NCBI GenBank assembly: GCA_964522425.1 | Contig: CAZFUT010000003.1 | Location: 452-64,451 of the forward strand | Origin: an uncultured Oscillospiraceae bacterium | GTDB taxonomy: Bacteria; Bacillota; Clostridia; Christensenellales; Aristaeellaceae | Direction: 5' to 3' | DNA: 64,000 nt | Shown: piece after piece, positions 26,571 to 35,668 of the stretch | Numbering within the stretch: position 1 is the stretch's first letter | How the letters are laid out: every line of letters begins with the position of its first letter | The notes under the pieces: generated by a model | The model's database searches: none | Seen by the model: the letters and a program-made list of their open reading frames with translations, nothing else | Told to the model about the DNA's origin: nothing | Program-made: the position numbers and the translations under genes

Positions 26571-28399
26571 GCTTGTTCTCCCTGCAAAAGGGCCATCCAC
26601 GCATCAAATCGTGATGTCAGCTCCCGGTTGGTCGTTGTTTTTTCCATAATGGACATTAAAAGCGACATGGCTTCCTCGTCGGATTTTTGAGCGATCATCG
26701 GACGCAGTTTGCCCATCATCTCCGCTTCATCCCTTGTTAAAAGCGCATCGCCTTTGACCGTAAAGCTGCGTGACAAGCTGATGGGGGCAGGTGCGCCCTT
26801 TTTCCTCAGCGCAGCATCAAACACCAGCGTTTCCGTCATGACGCTGTGCAGTTCCTCCGCAACGGCCTTGCCGGCCGTATTTTCTTCAATGCCCTGCAAT
26901 ATGGCGATAACCGTGATGCTTCCGCCCTCTTTTAGGTTGCGGGCAGCGCCCAGCAGTTTTTTCGCCTTGCCCGGTATACCGGCACCCAAAGAACCGCTTT
27001 GCCCATAGCTGCTTTCGCCGCTCATGCCCCTGTAGGCGCGAGACAGAGCGCCTAAATCATTGAGAACAATCAACACATCCTTGCCGCACTCGGCCAGACG
27101 CTTCGCGCGCTCGATTACCATATCACATACGCGCACATTGTTCTCCGGCGGCTCATCAAACGTAGCGTGGCGAACTTCGCAGTCAACCTCATTCTGTATC
27201 GCCGTTACCTCTTCGGGACGCTCATTGACCAAAAGAAGGATGCGGTGCATATCCGGGTAATTATCCTTTACGGAAGAAAGGGCCTTTTTATAGAATGCAG
27301 CGCGGTCGGCGCCAAAGGGCAGCGTTACCAGCGCACGCTGGCCAAAGCCGATGGGCGCAAACAGGTCGATCACGCGCAATTCCATATCGCTGTGTTCCCG
27401 GTCGGACAGCTTGATCTTTTTCTGCGGGTAAATGGGCGTCAGCCGCTCAAATTCGCGCCTTGGCGTGCGCTCGTCCACATCCTCCCCGTTGATGGCCGTA
27501 ATATAGAGCATGGCGCTGTATTTGTCCATTTCACGCTGGGGGCGGGTTTTGCCTTTTACGAAATCACCCGTGCGCAGAGAGAAGCGGCGTATCTGGGCGT
27601 TGGATACATACACATCGTTTCGGCCTGGCAAAAAATTCCCGGTGCGTAAAAAGCCGTAGCCATCAGGGTGTACTTCCAGCACGCCTTCACCCTCCCCGCA
27701 ATCCCCGGCAGCCATCATTTCGGGGACAGCCTGCAGGCTGCCCACGATTTCCCTTCCTCTCTGAGCCGAATAAGAAGGTTCCTCCGGGATGGAAGGCGGC
27801 GCGGGCGCAATGCCGGCGCGATAGATACGCTGCGGAACCGGCGGCTGCACAGCAGGCGCTTCGGGCGGCTGGGACGTCACATCCGGCCCAAAGCGGGTAT
27901 AGAGGGCGCTGCGGACAACGGGGGCCGCATCGGTCATCCCCTGCTGATTGCTGAGCACCATATTGATGGGCTGTGTCTGCTGGCCCTGGAACTTGCCGGG
28001 CGGAGGGACAGCGGCAAACGGCTGCGGATTGTGCCACGCACGCGCCCCCTGCAAGGTAAAAGCAGGCTTATTCCCCTTGGGCGGCGGCGGCGTAGGGCGC
28101 GGAATAGAAACGGACGGTTTGGCCGGCGCCGGAGGCACCGCCGCGCGGGGCTTCGGGTTTACCGTCATCACCGGAATATCATCGGAATCATCCGAAATGA
28201 TCAGCGCCTGCCGCACGGCAGGCCGGACGGCCGCCGTCGCCAGCGACTGCGCGGCCTCCTCTCTTTCGGACTGCGCATCATGAATGGTTTCCACCACCTG
28301 CTGCTTATTCAGCCCGGCAGAAAGCTCGATTCCCTGCTCTTTCGCATATTTGCGCAGCTGGGCAACCGTCATTTTTTTAAGTTCTTCTAAGGAATACAT
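26567..28399 (-). CDS. rho: Rho-family transcription termination factor homologue: atypical, with a long N-terminal insertion and a degenerate ATPase site
   Basis: 610 aa. Rho_N (MYSLEELKKMTVAQLRKYAKEQGIEL); CSD/OB RNA-binding domain (GVLEVHPDGYGFLR, DVYVSNAQIRRFSLRTGD); collinear motor domain (ERPEEV, ATFDEP, IERAKRL, LGAARN.KEGGSITVIA). The Walker A position reads LPFGADRA instead of APPKAGKT (see findings). Confidence 0.85.
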   Translation of the reverse strand: MYSLEELKKMTVAQLRKYAKEQGIELSAGLNKQQVVETIHDAQSEREEAAQSLATAAVRPAVRQALIISDDSDDIPVMTVNPKPRAAVPPAPAKPSVSIPRPTPPPPKGNKPAFTLQGARAWHNPQPFAAVPPPGKFQGQQTQPINMVLSNQQGMTDAAPVVRSALYTRFGPDVTSQPPEAPAVQPPVPQRIYRAGIAPAPPSIPEEPSYSAQRGREIVGSLQAVPEMMAAGDCGEGEGVLEVHPDGYGFLRTGNFLPGRNDVYVSNAQIRRFSLRTGDFVKGKTRPQREMDKYSAMLYITAINGEDVDERTPRREFERLTPIYPQKKIKLSDREHSDMELRVIDLFAPIGFGQRALVTLPFGADRAAFYKKALSSVKDNYPDMHRILLLVNERPEEVTAIQNEVDCEVRHATFDEPPENNVRVCDMVIERAKRLAECGKDVLIVLNDLGALSRAYRGMSGESSYGQSGSLGAGIPGKAKKLLGAARNLKEGGSITVIAILQGIEENTAGKAVAEELHSVMTETLVFDAALRKKGAPAPISLSRSFTVKGDALLTRDEAEMMGKLRPMIAQKSDEEAMSLLMSIMEKTTTNRELTSRFDAWMALLQGEQA

Positions 28400-28516
28400 T
28401 CCTTTCCTCCTACGATATGAAGTTCTTTCTGAAACAACACAGGAAAACTGCCTCTTTACAAAGGCGCAACAGGATACCTGCTTTATGGTTTGTCTGGCCG
28501 GAAAACAAGAATGGGA

Positions 28517-29371
28517 TCAGAGTGGATGTACCCCGACGCCGATCAGACCGGGACCTGTATGGACGCCGAGCGCGGGGCTGAGTTCGCTCTCGATAAACTC
28601 ACTGCAGTTGGGCAAGCGGCTCTTTAGCTCCTCCAGCACCTTCATCGTTTCTTCTTTGGCGCTGCCATGCGCCACCATGATGCGGTACTTTACATACTTT
28701 TTTGCTTCACGTACCGCGATGCTGATGATCTCCGCCAACGACTGGGCACGGCCGCGAGCCTTCGACGCCACGACGTAAACGCCTTCTTCGTTACAGGTAA
28801 TAATGGGCTTGATCTTAAGCAAGGTTCCCATTACCGCGGCTACTTTGCCGATGCGGCCACCCCTGGCCAGATATTCAAGCGTGGCAACAGAAAAATAAAT
28901 GTGTGTGCGCTGTATACTGACCTCTAAATTATGCAGTATCTCGCTGATGCTGAACCCTCTTTCTATCATTTCCCCGGCATATATGGCTTCGATGCCCGCG
29001 CCGATGCCGATATTCAGGGTATCCAGCACATATACCTGCAAACGCTTTTCTTCCTCGGCGATCAGCCGCATGGCATTGTAGGTACCGGAAAGGCCGCTTG
29101 AAATCGAAATCGCCAAAACGGTATCATACCCGTCTGCAACGATCTTATCCAGCGTGTCACGGATCGTCTGAATGCTGGGCTGGCTGGTTTTGGGGATTTC
29201 AGTCCCCATCCGATCGTATACTTCCTGCGGCGTAATATCCACACGGTCGAAATACTCTTCGTGCTGATACGCGATTCTAACAGGTACCACGTACATATGA
29301 TGCTTTGCAATATACTGTTGCGGAACATCGGAACAGGAATCGACCAGAATCGCAACGCGGTTTGCGCTCAT
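28517..29371 (-). CDS. DegV-family fatty-acid-binding protein
   Basis: 284 aa. VAILVDSCSDVP, TSQPS, SISSGLSGTY, GGRIGK. Typical DegV motifs. Confidence 0.85.
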   Translation of the reverse strand: MSANRVAILVDSCSDVPQQYIAKHHMYVVPVRIAYQHEEYFDRVDITPQEVYDRMGTEIPKTSQPSIQTIRDTLDKIVADGYDTVLAISISSGLSGTYNAMRLIAEEEKRLQVYVLDTLNIGIGAGIEAIYAGEMIERGFSISEILHNLEVSIQRTHIYFSVATLEYLARGGRIGKVAAVMGTLLKIKPIITCNEEGVYVVASKARGRAQSLAEIISIAVREAKKYVKYRIMVAHGSAKEETMKVLEELKSRLPNCSEFIESELSPALGVHTGPGLIGVGVHPL

Positions 29372-29404
29372 TCAATTGCCTCCTTGCCTTGGGCTGGTAG
29401 GGAA

Positions 29405-29433
29405 AGTGTACGTTTTTTTAACCAGCTTGTCAA
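29405..29433 (-). promoter_or_regulatory. candidate promoter of degV
   Basis: Minus strand: TTGACA, 17 nt, TACACT. The -35 overlaps the stop codon of the upstream PP-loop gene. Confidence 0.4.
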
Positions 29434-30242
29434 GCCTTATCCAGCATGGACAAAACGGGCGCATCGACATCCTTTTTGTAGCCGAGAATCGTTTGAAGAT
29501 TGACCGCTCTGGTAGCCGAAAAAATGCTGTTCAATACATTCGGATTTGTCTTTTCAAGATCAGCAAGCAGCGCCTTAATCTCCCTTCGTTTGCCGCCTTC
29601 TTCCCTCCTCGTCACAGAGCAGGCGCACGTCAGCGTCTTAAGGCCGACAGCATCCAGCCATGAAATAACATATTTCTCCCTGACAAGGTACAGCGGGCGG
29701 ATCAGCCGCATCCCGGGGTAATTGGAGCTGCTGAGCTTGGGCAACATGGTCTTAAACTCGCCGCCGTAGAGCATACTTAACAGTACGGTCTCGCATACGT
29801 CGTCAAAATGATGGCCGAGCGCGATCTTATTGCAGTTAAGCCTTCGCGCCTCCTTATACAGATGCCCCCTGCGCATCGCCGCGCAGACATGGCACGGCGA
29901 AGCCGTTTTTTCGGATACGGACAGAATATCGGTACTGAACATGTGCAGCGAAATCCCTATTTTTTCGGCGTTGTCCATGATCATCCGACGGTTTTCCGGG
30001 CTGTATCCCGGATCCATGCAGAGAAACCGCAGCTCGAAAGGAAAATCGCTGTGCCGCTGCAAAAGCCGCATACACTGGGCCAGCAGCAAGGAGTCTTTCC
30101 CGCCCGACACGCATACCGCAATGGCGTCGTTTTCGTCGATCATCGCATATTGCTTCAACGCGGAAATAAAGTTTTTCCAGATGGTTTTTCTGTATCTGGC
30201 CGTAATCAAATGCAAAGAGGCTTCGGACATCGGTGTTTCCAT
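29430..30242 (-). CDS. PP-loop ATPase, tRNA 2-thiocytidine synthetase (TtcA)-like
   Basis: 270 aa. AVCVSGGKDS PP-loop, PCHVCAAMRRG CxxC motif, ALGHHFDD. Confidence 0.7.
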   Translation of the reverse strand: METPMSEASLHLITARYRKTIWKNFISALKQYAMIDENDAIAVCVSGGKDSLLLAQCMRLLQRHSDFPFELRFLCMDPGYSPENRRMIMDNAEKIGISLHMFSTDILSVSEKTASPCHVCAAMRRGHLYKEARRLNCNKIALGHHFDDVCETVLLSMLYGGEFKTMLPKLSSSNYPGMRLIRPLYLVREKYVISWLDAVGLKTLTCACSVTRREEGGKRREIKALLADLEKTNPNVLNSIFSATRAVNLQTILGYKKDVDAPVLSMLDKA

Positions 30243-30321
30243 TGCTGTACCTCCCGTATATCATCATAGCATATCCTTCGTTCCTGTGCTATAATCAGCG
30301 CATTCAAAAGGAGGATGTACC

Positions 30322-31101
30322 ATGAACGGGATGCTGGAAACCATCGTACGCGGTGCCTCGCGCATCATGCTGGATCACGAAAACGCCGCTTTCCGTCAGA
30401 AGGACGGCCCCAATAACTTCGTGACCGATGCGGATATGATGGTGCAGGAATTCCTGCGTGAAAAACTGCACGCATGGATGCCTGAAAGCATATTTTTTTC
30501 GGAAGAGCAGGAAAACGCCGCATTGACCGGTGCGGCTACATGGATCGTAGACCCGATAGACGGCACCTTCAACATGATCCGTTCCCGGAAGTGTTCCTGC
30601 ATTTCCGTTGCCCTGCTTAAAAACCGGGAACCGGTGCTGGGCATCGTCTATAATCCCTATCAGGACGAGCTCTTCCGTGCCGAAAAGGGCGCGGGCGCGC
30701 TGATCAACGGGCATCCCATCCATGTTTCCCAAACTGTTTTTGAAGAAGCGCTGGTCAACTTCGGCACGTCCCCCTATTATCCGCAATTGCTGGACATTGG
30801 TTTCAGGGCCGCAAAATCATTCATGAGCGAAGCCGGCGATTTGCGGCGCATAGGCACCGCGGCGCTCGAACTCTGCGAAGTGGCCTGCGGCCGCACCGAT
30901 ATTTTCTTTGAAATGCGTCTGTCGCCGTGGGACTATGCGGCCGGCAGCCTGATTGTCAAAGAAGCCGGAGGGAAAATCTCCATGCCGCTGCGCACCAACG
31001 AGGATTACGGCGAGCCCAACTGCATTCTGGCCTGCAACCCAAACTGTCTGGATCGCTCTCGGCAGATCATTCAGAGCGCGGCAGCGGGTAAAGCGCTGTG
31101 A
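30322..31101 (+). CDS. inositol monophosphatase family protein (SuhB/HisN-like)
   Basis: 259 aa. FSEEQ, WIVDPIDGTFN, SPWDYAAG. The IMPase metal-binding motifs. Confidence 0.85.
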   Translation: MNGMLETIVRGASRIMLDHENAAFRQKDGPNNFVTDADMMVQEFLREKLHAWMPESIFFSEEQENAALTGAATWIVDPIDGTFNMIRSRKCSCISVALLKNREPVLGIVYNPYQDELFRAEKGAGALINGHPIHVSQTVFEEALVNFGTSPYYPQLLDIGFRAAKSFMSEAGDLRRIGTAALELCEVACGRTDIFFEMRLSPWDYAAGSLIVKEAGGKISMPLRTNEDYGEPNCILACNPNCLDRSRQIIQSAAAGKAL

Positions 31102-31925
31102 TACCGCTGTCCAACCCGCACACGCATACGCTGTATGTAGACGGCAAAGACACGCCGGAGGAGATGATACTCGCCGCGCTGGAATCCGGTTTTGTCAGCC
31201 TCGGTTTTTCCGAGCACGCCATACAGCTCTTTGATACGGACTATGCGCTGGACGCAGTCCGCGAAAGGCAGTATATCGATGAAATATCTGCGCTCCGTTT
31301 GAAATACAAACACCGCATCGCCATTTATCTGGGCGCGGAGCGCGACGCGCTTTCTGTCGCGGATCGGAATCAATACGCCTATGTCATCGGTTCGAGCCAT
31401 TATGTGGAAAAAGACGGCGTTTGTGCCGCGGTAGACGGCGATCCCGCATCGCTGCGCGATTTTGTATCCAATCGCCTGCAGGGCAGCGGGCTGGCGCTCG
31501 CCGAGCTGTATTATCGCGGCCTCGCCGATTATGTGGCTTGCTTTATGCCGAATATCATCGGCCACTTTGATCTGGTTGCAAAATACAATCAAAAACTGGC
31601 GTTGTTTGATGAAAACAGCCCCGACTATCTGCGCCTCGCCTTCAGTGCCATGGACAAATGCATCAATGGCTGCGACCTGATGGAGGTCAACACCGGGGCG
31701 ATGGCGCGGTCCGGCGCTCCCTTCCCCTATCCGTCCATGCCGCTGCTGCGCCGCTGGCGGGACATCGGGGGACGCGTGATCCTGTCATCAGACTGTCATA
31801 ACAAGATGCACATTTGCCATGGGTTCGAAAAAAGCCTCGCGCTGATACGCGAGGCAGGCTATCGGGAACTATGGTATCTGAACCCTGTTAAGGGGCCGCT
31901 GTTTACCAGCATTCGCCTTGTCTGA
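31098..31925 (+). CDS. PHP-domain histidinol-phosphatase (HisJ) family protein
   Basis: 275 aa. N-terminal NPHTHT, FSEH, GHFD, SSDCH metal ligands of the PHP fold. GTGA overlap with the IMPase gene. Confidence 0.75.
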   Translation: MIPLSNPHTHTLYVDGKDTPEEMILAALESGFVSLGFSEHAIQLFDTDYALDAVRERQYIDEISALRLKYKHRIAIYLGAERDALSVADRNQYAYVIGSSHYVEKDGVCAAVDGDPASLRDFVSNRLQGSGLALAELYYRGLADYVACFMPNIIGHFDLVAKYNQKLALFDENSPDYLRLAFSAMDKCINGCDLMEVNTGAMARSGAPFPYPSMPLLRRWRDIGGRVILSSDCHNKMHICHGFEKSLALIREAGYRELWYLNPVKGPLFTSIRLV

Positions 31926-32414
31926 TCATTTTTCCTGCAGCAGATCGGTATAGGCCGCCATTTTCTTATCGCGCTGCAAGCGCAGGTCGCGCACGCGCTT
32001 GATGCGCTGCTGTACACGATAGCCCGTCAGCATGTTGCTGCGGGCTTTTTCGATGACCAGCCTTGCGCCCAGCGCCACAGGGAGCGCTATACCGGGCGCC
32101 CCGACAGCCGCCATCGCGGCGCCAGCCCCCATCGATGCGCCTGTTTTCAGCGCGCGAAAGGATGCGTCCTGCACACCGGCTTCGGGCGTCTTTTTTTTCA
32201 TCAGCACCTTGCCGCCCTCGGTCAGCGCAATCACCGCAAAAGGCAGCCCTACGCTGACCGCATCCAGCAATTCCGTCGCAAGGCCGCTGTCTTCAAGAAG
32301 GCCAATATCCACCGAAACCTCATCGGCAAAGCTCAACCCGGCGGTAATGGAATCGACCAAGGCGCTTTTTTCGCGCCCACGGTACTTGCTGACCAGAGCT
32401 TTAAAATCTGACAT
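31926..32414 (-). CDS. hypothetical protein with a Gly/Ala-zipper hydrophobic segment
   Basis: Start trimmed to MSDFKAL, with GGAGGA 7 nt upstream. Central TGASMGAGAAMAAVGAPGIALPVALGA and a basic C-terminal helix. No family recognised. Confidence 0.5.
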   Translation of the reverse strand: MSDFKALVSKYRGREKSALVDSITAGLSFADEVSVDIGLLEDSGLATELLDAVSVGLPFAVIALTEGGKVLMKKKTPEAGVQDASFRALKTGASMGAGAAMAAVGAPGIALPVALGARLVIEKARSNMLTGYRVQQRIKRVRDLRLQRDKKMAAYTDLLQEK

Positions 32415-32418
32415 CTCT

Positions 32419-32844
32419 CTATCCTCCAAAGGTACGCAGCACAGCGGTTATCACCCACGCAGCGGCAAGGATCGCGGCGATCCATGTCACCTGTTTCAGG
32501 ACGCCGGTCACCGTGCCTCTCTGTCGTTTATCGGCGCTCTTCTTTTCCAGCGCATCGATGCGCTTTTGCAGGGCGTTCAGCGCTTCCGCCGTTTCACGCG
32601 CTTTTTCTTCCGAAATCGTTTGAAGAGCGGCAAGCTGCTCGTTTTTCTCGGAAAGGGCGTTAAGGTCGCTGCTCATCCCCTCCAGCACCAGCGTTACTTC
32701 CTGCGTATACTCTTCGACAAGGGCGTTCACATCCTGCCCCTTCAGAGAAGAAACGGCAGAATCGATCAGTTCTTTGGACCGCTGTACAAGGCCGATCTTT
32801 TTGTTGTTCTCCTGCTGCGCAGGAAGCTGCTCGGGATGGTCCAT
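32419..32844 (-). CDS. hypothetical coiled-coil protein with a C-terminal membrane anchor
   Basis: 141 aa. Heptad-rich E/K/L/A sequence ending in WIAAILAAAWVITAVL (tail-anchor topology). Begins 2 nt after the prs-like stop. Confidence 0.5.
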   Translation of the reverse strand: MDHPEQLPAQQENNKKIGLVQRSKELIDSAVSSLKGQDVNALVEEYTQEVTLVLEGMSSDLNALSEKNEQLAALQTISEEKARETAEALNALQKRIDALEKKSADKRQRGTVTGVLKQVTWIAAILAAAWVITAVLRTFGG

Positions 32845-32846
32845 GA

Positions 32847-34064
32847 TTATACCAGCCTGTGTCCGCTTTCCGTCTGCTGCTCGGCATACCGTTCCAGCAG
32901 AGATTTAATGCGGTTATAGGGGTTCAAAAGGTTGTTCAGGCTTCTGTCGTGGTTCAGCGTCGCGATCAGATACGACATATATTTGCTCATGTCGGCGACG
33001 GCAAACCACTCCTTCTCCTTTAGTTGCGGGTTCAGGTACGTCAGGTTGCTGGACACGATCTTGGTGATCAGCCCCTGCTCATACGCTTCCTGGAAGGATT
33101 GAATACCGTTTGTAAAGAACGCAAAGGTCACAATCACAAACAGGCGGTTGACCTTGCGTTTTTTAAGCTCCTTTGCGAGGTCCAGTATCGAATCGCCGGA
33201 GGACAATATATCGTCCACAACGATCACGTCTTTGCCCTCAAGGTCGGGACCCAGGTACTCGTGCGCCACAATGGGGTTGCGGCCATCGATGATGGTCGTA
33301 TAATCGCGGCGCTTATAGAACATGCCCATATCCAGCGCCAGGACGGATGCATAGAAGATGTTGCGGGCGATCGCCCCCTCATCCGGCGATACAATGGCCA
33401 TCGAATGGTTGTCGACCTTCAGGTCTTGCACCTCTCGCAGCAGGGCTTTCAGCATCTGGTAGGTCGGCATGATGTTTTCAAACCCGCAGACTGGGATCGC
33501 GTTCTGTACGCGCGGATCGTGCGCATCAAAGGTCAGGATATTGATGATGCCCATGCTTTCCAGCTCCTGCAGCGCCATGGCGCAGTCAAGGCTCTCGCGG
33601 GTCGTCCTGCGGTGCTGGCGGCTTTCATACAGGAAAGGCATGATCACGTTCACGCGCTTTGCTTTGCCGGCAATGGCGGCAATGATGCGCTTCAGATCGC
33701 AAAAGTGATCGTCCGGCGACATGGGGACTTCGTTGCCGTACATTTTATAGGTGACGTTATAAGCAGCCACATCGACAATGATGTAGATATCATAGCCGCG
33801 TACGCTTTCTTTCAGCATACCCTTGCTTTCGCCCGTGCCAAAACGCGGGCAGTAAGCCTTCACAAGAAAGCTGTCGCGGTCGCCGCCGGGAATGGTCAAA
33901 TACTGGTCGTCGAAAAACTCGCTGTTGTTAGAGTCACGCCAACGCATCAGCCAGTTGTTGATCTTTTGGCCCATTTCCTCACAGCCGGGCATCGCAATAA
34001 TGCCCAGCGGGCCAATCGGTACACTGGTCAAGTCCTTGCTCAGATCAGCCACCATCATATCCAA
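32847..34064 (-). CDS. long ribose-phosphate diphosphokinase (PRPP synthetase) family protein
   Basis: 405 aa. RFGTGES (cf. RFSDGE), FLYESRQHRR (cf. YYGYARQDRK), FDAHD, VSPDEGA, YKRRD, PRPP loop VIVVDDILSSGDS. Extra insertions and a C-terminal extension relative to recalled B. subtilis Prs. Confidence 0.75.
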   Translation of the reverse strand: MDMMVADLSKDLTSVPIGPLGIIAMPGCEEMGQKINNWLMRWRDSNNSEFFDDQYLTIPGGDRDSFLVKAYCPRFGTGESKGMLKESVRGYDIYIIVDVAAYNVTYKMYGNEVPMSPDDHFCDLKRIIAAIAGKAKRVNVIMPFLYESRQHRRTTRESLDCAMALQELESMGIINILTFDAHDPRVQNAIPVCGFENIMPTYQMLKALLREVQDLKVDNHSMAIVSPDEGAIARNIFYASVLALDMGMFYKRRDYTTIIDGRNPIVAHEYLGPDLEGKDVIVVDDILSSGDSILDLAKELKKRKVNRLFVIVTFAFFTNGIQSFQEAYEQGLITKIVSSNLTYLNPQLKEKEWFAVADMSKYMSYLIATLNHDRSLNNLLNPYNRIKSLLERYAEQQTESGHRLV

Positions 34065-34102
34065 GTCCGTTCCCCTCCTGCTCTCCCTTTTATCCTAAAC
34101 GC

Positions 34103-35638
34103 TTACAGCTGCCTTTCCATGATGTGCAGCTGCAGCTTTGGATACTCCGCTTCGGCGCCCTGCGCGTTGCGAACGCTGCTGGTTCCTACCAGCGTCCCAT
34201 AGATTTTGACCTTGCTCCCCGCTTCCGTACCGGGATCTTTATCGCTCGTCAGCATCAAATAGCTGTCATACGCTTCGCCGTTCTTCCGCAGGGCGAACAG
34301 CATGACCCATTCCGCGCCCTTGTTTTCAGTGCTGACGAGATAGCCTTCAAACGTAAGGACTTTTCCGTCGTACCTGTCGATGTTGCGGGTCAGCTTTTTA
34401 TAGGTCGGCGTCTGCGCGCTGCTGGTAATCCTTGCCGTGCGCGCTTCGGGCGTCAGGCGCCTCTCTCCCCTATAGGAAAAAGTGCGCGGTTCATACCCTT
34501 TCTTGGTAATGACCAGATTGAACGCATACTCGCCTTCTTTGTAGGTGTCGACGGTAAATGTAAACGTCCCCTTGGCGCTCACCTTTTTCGTCACGGTTCT
34601 GCCGTTCACATCCAGCCGCGCTTCCGCGCCCTTTTCAGCGGTGCCCGCAATGCGCACGCTGTCTTTTTCCAGCTGTTCGGGCGGGGTGCTGGTCATGGTC
34701 ACCTTCATCAACCCTTTGCGGTACGTGATCGCATATTGCTTCTCAAGGGGCTTCACGCCATCTGCCTGCACAGTCAGCGTCATAAAGTACATATCCTCGT
34801 TGGGCAGCGTTACCTTGAACGAGTATGCGCCGTTCTTTTTGGCCGTCGCTTCGATGACCTGTGTTTTAGCCGTGCTGAAAGAGCCGATGACCGCCGTAAT
34901 TTTTGCCCCCGGAGCCGTTTGGCCGCTCATGACAAACGAGGGTTCTGACGTTTCCGCAGGCGCGGTGTTGTTTTCAATGAATTTGACCGGCAGTTCGGGC
35001 AGCGCTTCGGTCTGCGTAAAAGACAGGGTATCGAAGATCGCGTTGAGCGCGCTGTTATCGCCGGCCGACAATGCGCGTTTCCCCTCCGCCTGCATATCGA
35101 AGGTGATCGTATAGCCATTGTATATGGTGCGGCGTTGAAAGCCCCGATGGTCGATTTCGCCGTCTTGTTTGAAATCATACTTCAGCATCAGCCAACGGCC
35201 GACGCCTTTGAAGTTTTTCCACTCCACGCTTTTATATAAGTATCCCTGTGAGCGGTAAAACTCGCCGATGGCGTGGCGTTTGCGGTAGCCCGCCCTCACC
35301 TCCGGCGTATGCTCGTTGATGTTGAAATACTGCTCGGCTTCATCGTCCTTGATGGCGGACAAAATGAAAATACGCCCGTTCTCACGGTCGTACGCTTTTA
35401 AGAGGATACCTTCCGCCTTAAACTGCACCGCCGCCGTTTCGGCCGTTAAACCGATTTCGGCCAGAAAAGCGCTCTGCGTATCCAGATTGTCCTGAGACAG
35501 CACCGTTTCGTACACGCCGCCGGGAAGCTGTATCGTGGCATGGATGGCATCAAAGGTATACCCTTCGCCCTCAGCGCTCACGCAAAGGGGAATCAGAAAT
35601 GTCAGTATGGTCAGCAGAAGCACAATGCGCTTAAGCAT
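34103..35638 (-). CDS. secreted hypothetical protein with two Ig-like repeat modules
   Basis: 511 aa. Signal peptide MLKRIVLLLTILTFLIPLCVSAEG. Two beta-rich modules: GAKITAV..KKNGAYSFKVTLP and GAEARLDVNG..SAKGTFTFTVDT. No catalytic motif seen. Confidence 0.6.
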   Translation of the reverse strand: MLKRIVLLLTILTFLIPLCVSAEGEGYTFDAIHATIQLPGGVYETVLSQDNLDTQSAFLAEIGLTAETAAVQFKAEGILLKAYDRENGRIFILSAIKDDEAEQYFNINEHTPEVRAGYRKRHAIGEFYRSQGYLYKSVEWKNFKGVGRWLMLKYDFKQDGEIDHRGFQRRTIYNGYTITFDMQAEGKRALSAGDNSALNAIFDTLSFTQTEALPELPVKFIENNTAPAETSEPSFVMSGQTAPGAKITAVIGSFSTAKTQVIEATAKKNGAYSFKVTLPNEDMYFMTLTVQADGVKPLEKQYAITYRKGLMKVTMTSTPPEQLEKDSVRIAGTAEKGAEARLDVNGRTVTKKVSAKGTFTFTVDTYKEGEYAFNLVITKKGYEPRTFSYRGERRLTPEARTARITSSAQTPTYKKLTRNIDRYDGKVLTFEGYLVSTENKGAEWVMLFALRKNGEAYDSYLMLTSDKDPGTEAGSKVKIYGTLVGTSSVRNAQGAEAEYPKLQLHIMERQL

Positions 35639-35668
35639 ACTTTTCCCTCCTTCTACCGCTTCACATAC

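Noticed and set aside
27266-27349. The missing Rho Walker A motif could be a local frameshift or sequencing artefact.
   Set aside because: I translated all three minus-strand frames across this segment. The two alternative frames hit stop codons (..RWX and ..CILX) and encode no GKT. The annotated frame runs continuously between the flanking conserved blocks IGFGQRALV and LLLVNERPEEV. The substitutions at Walker B and the Arg finger lie hundreds of nt away and are independent.
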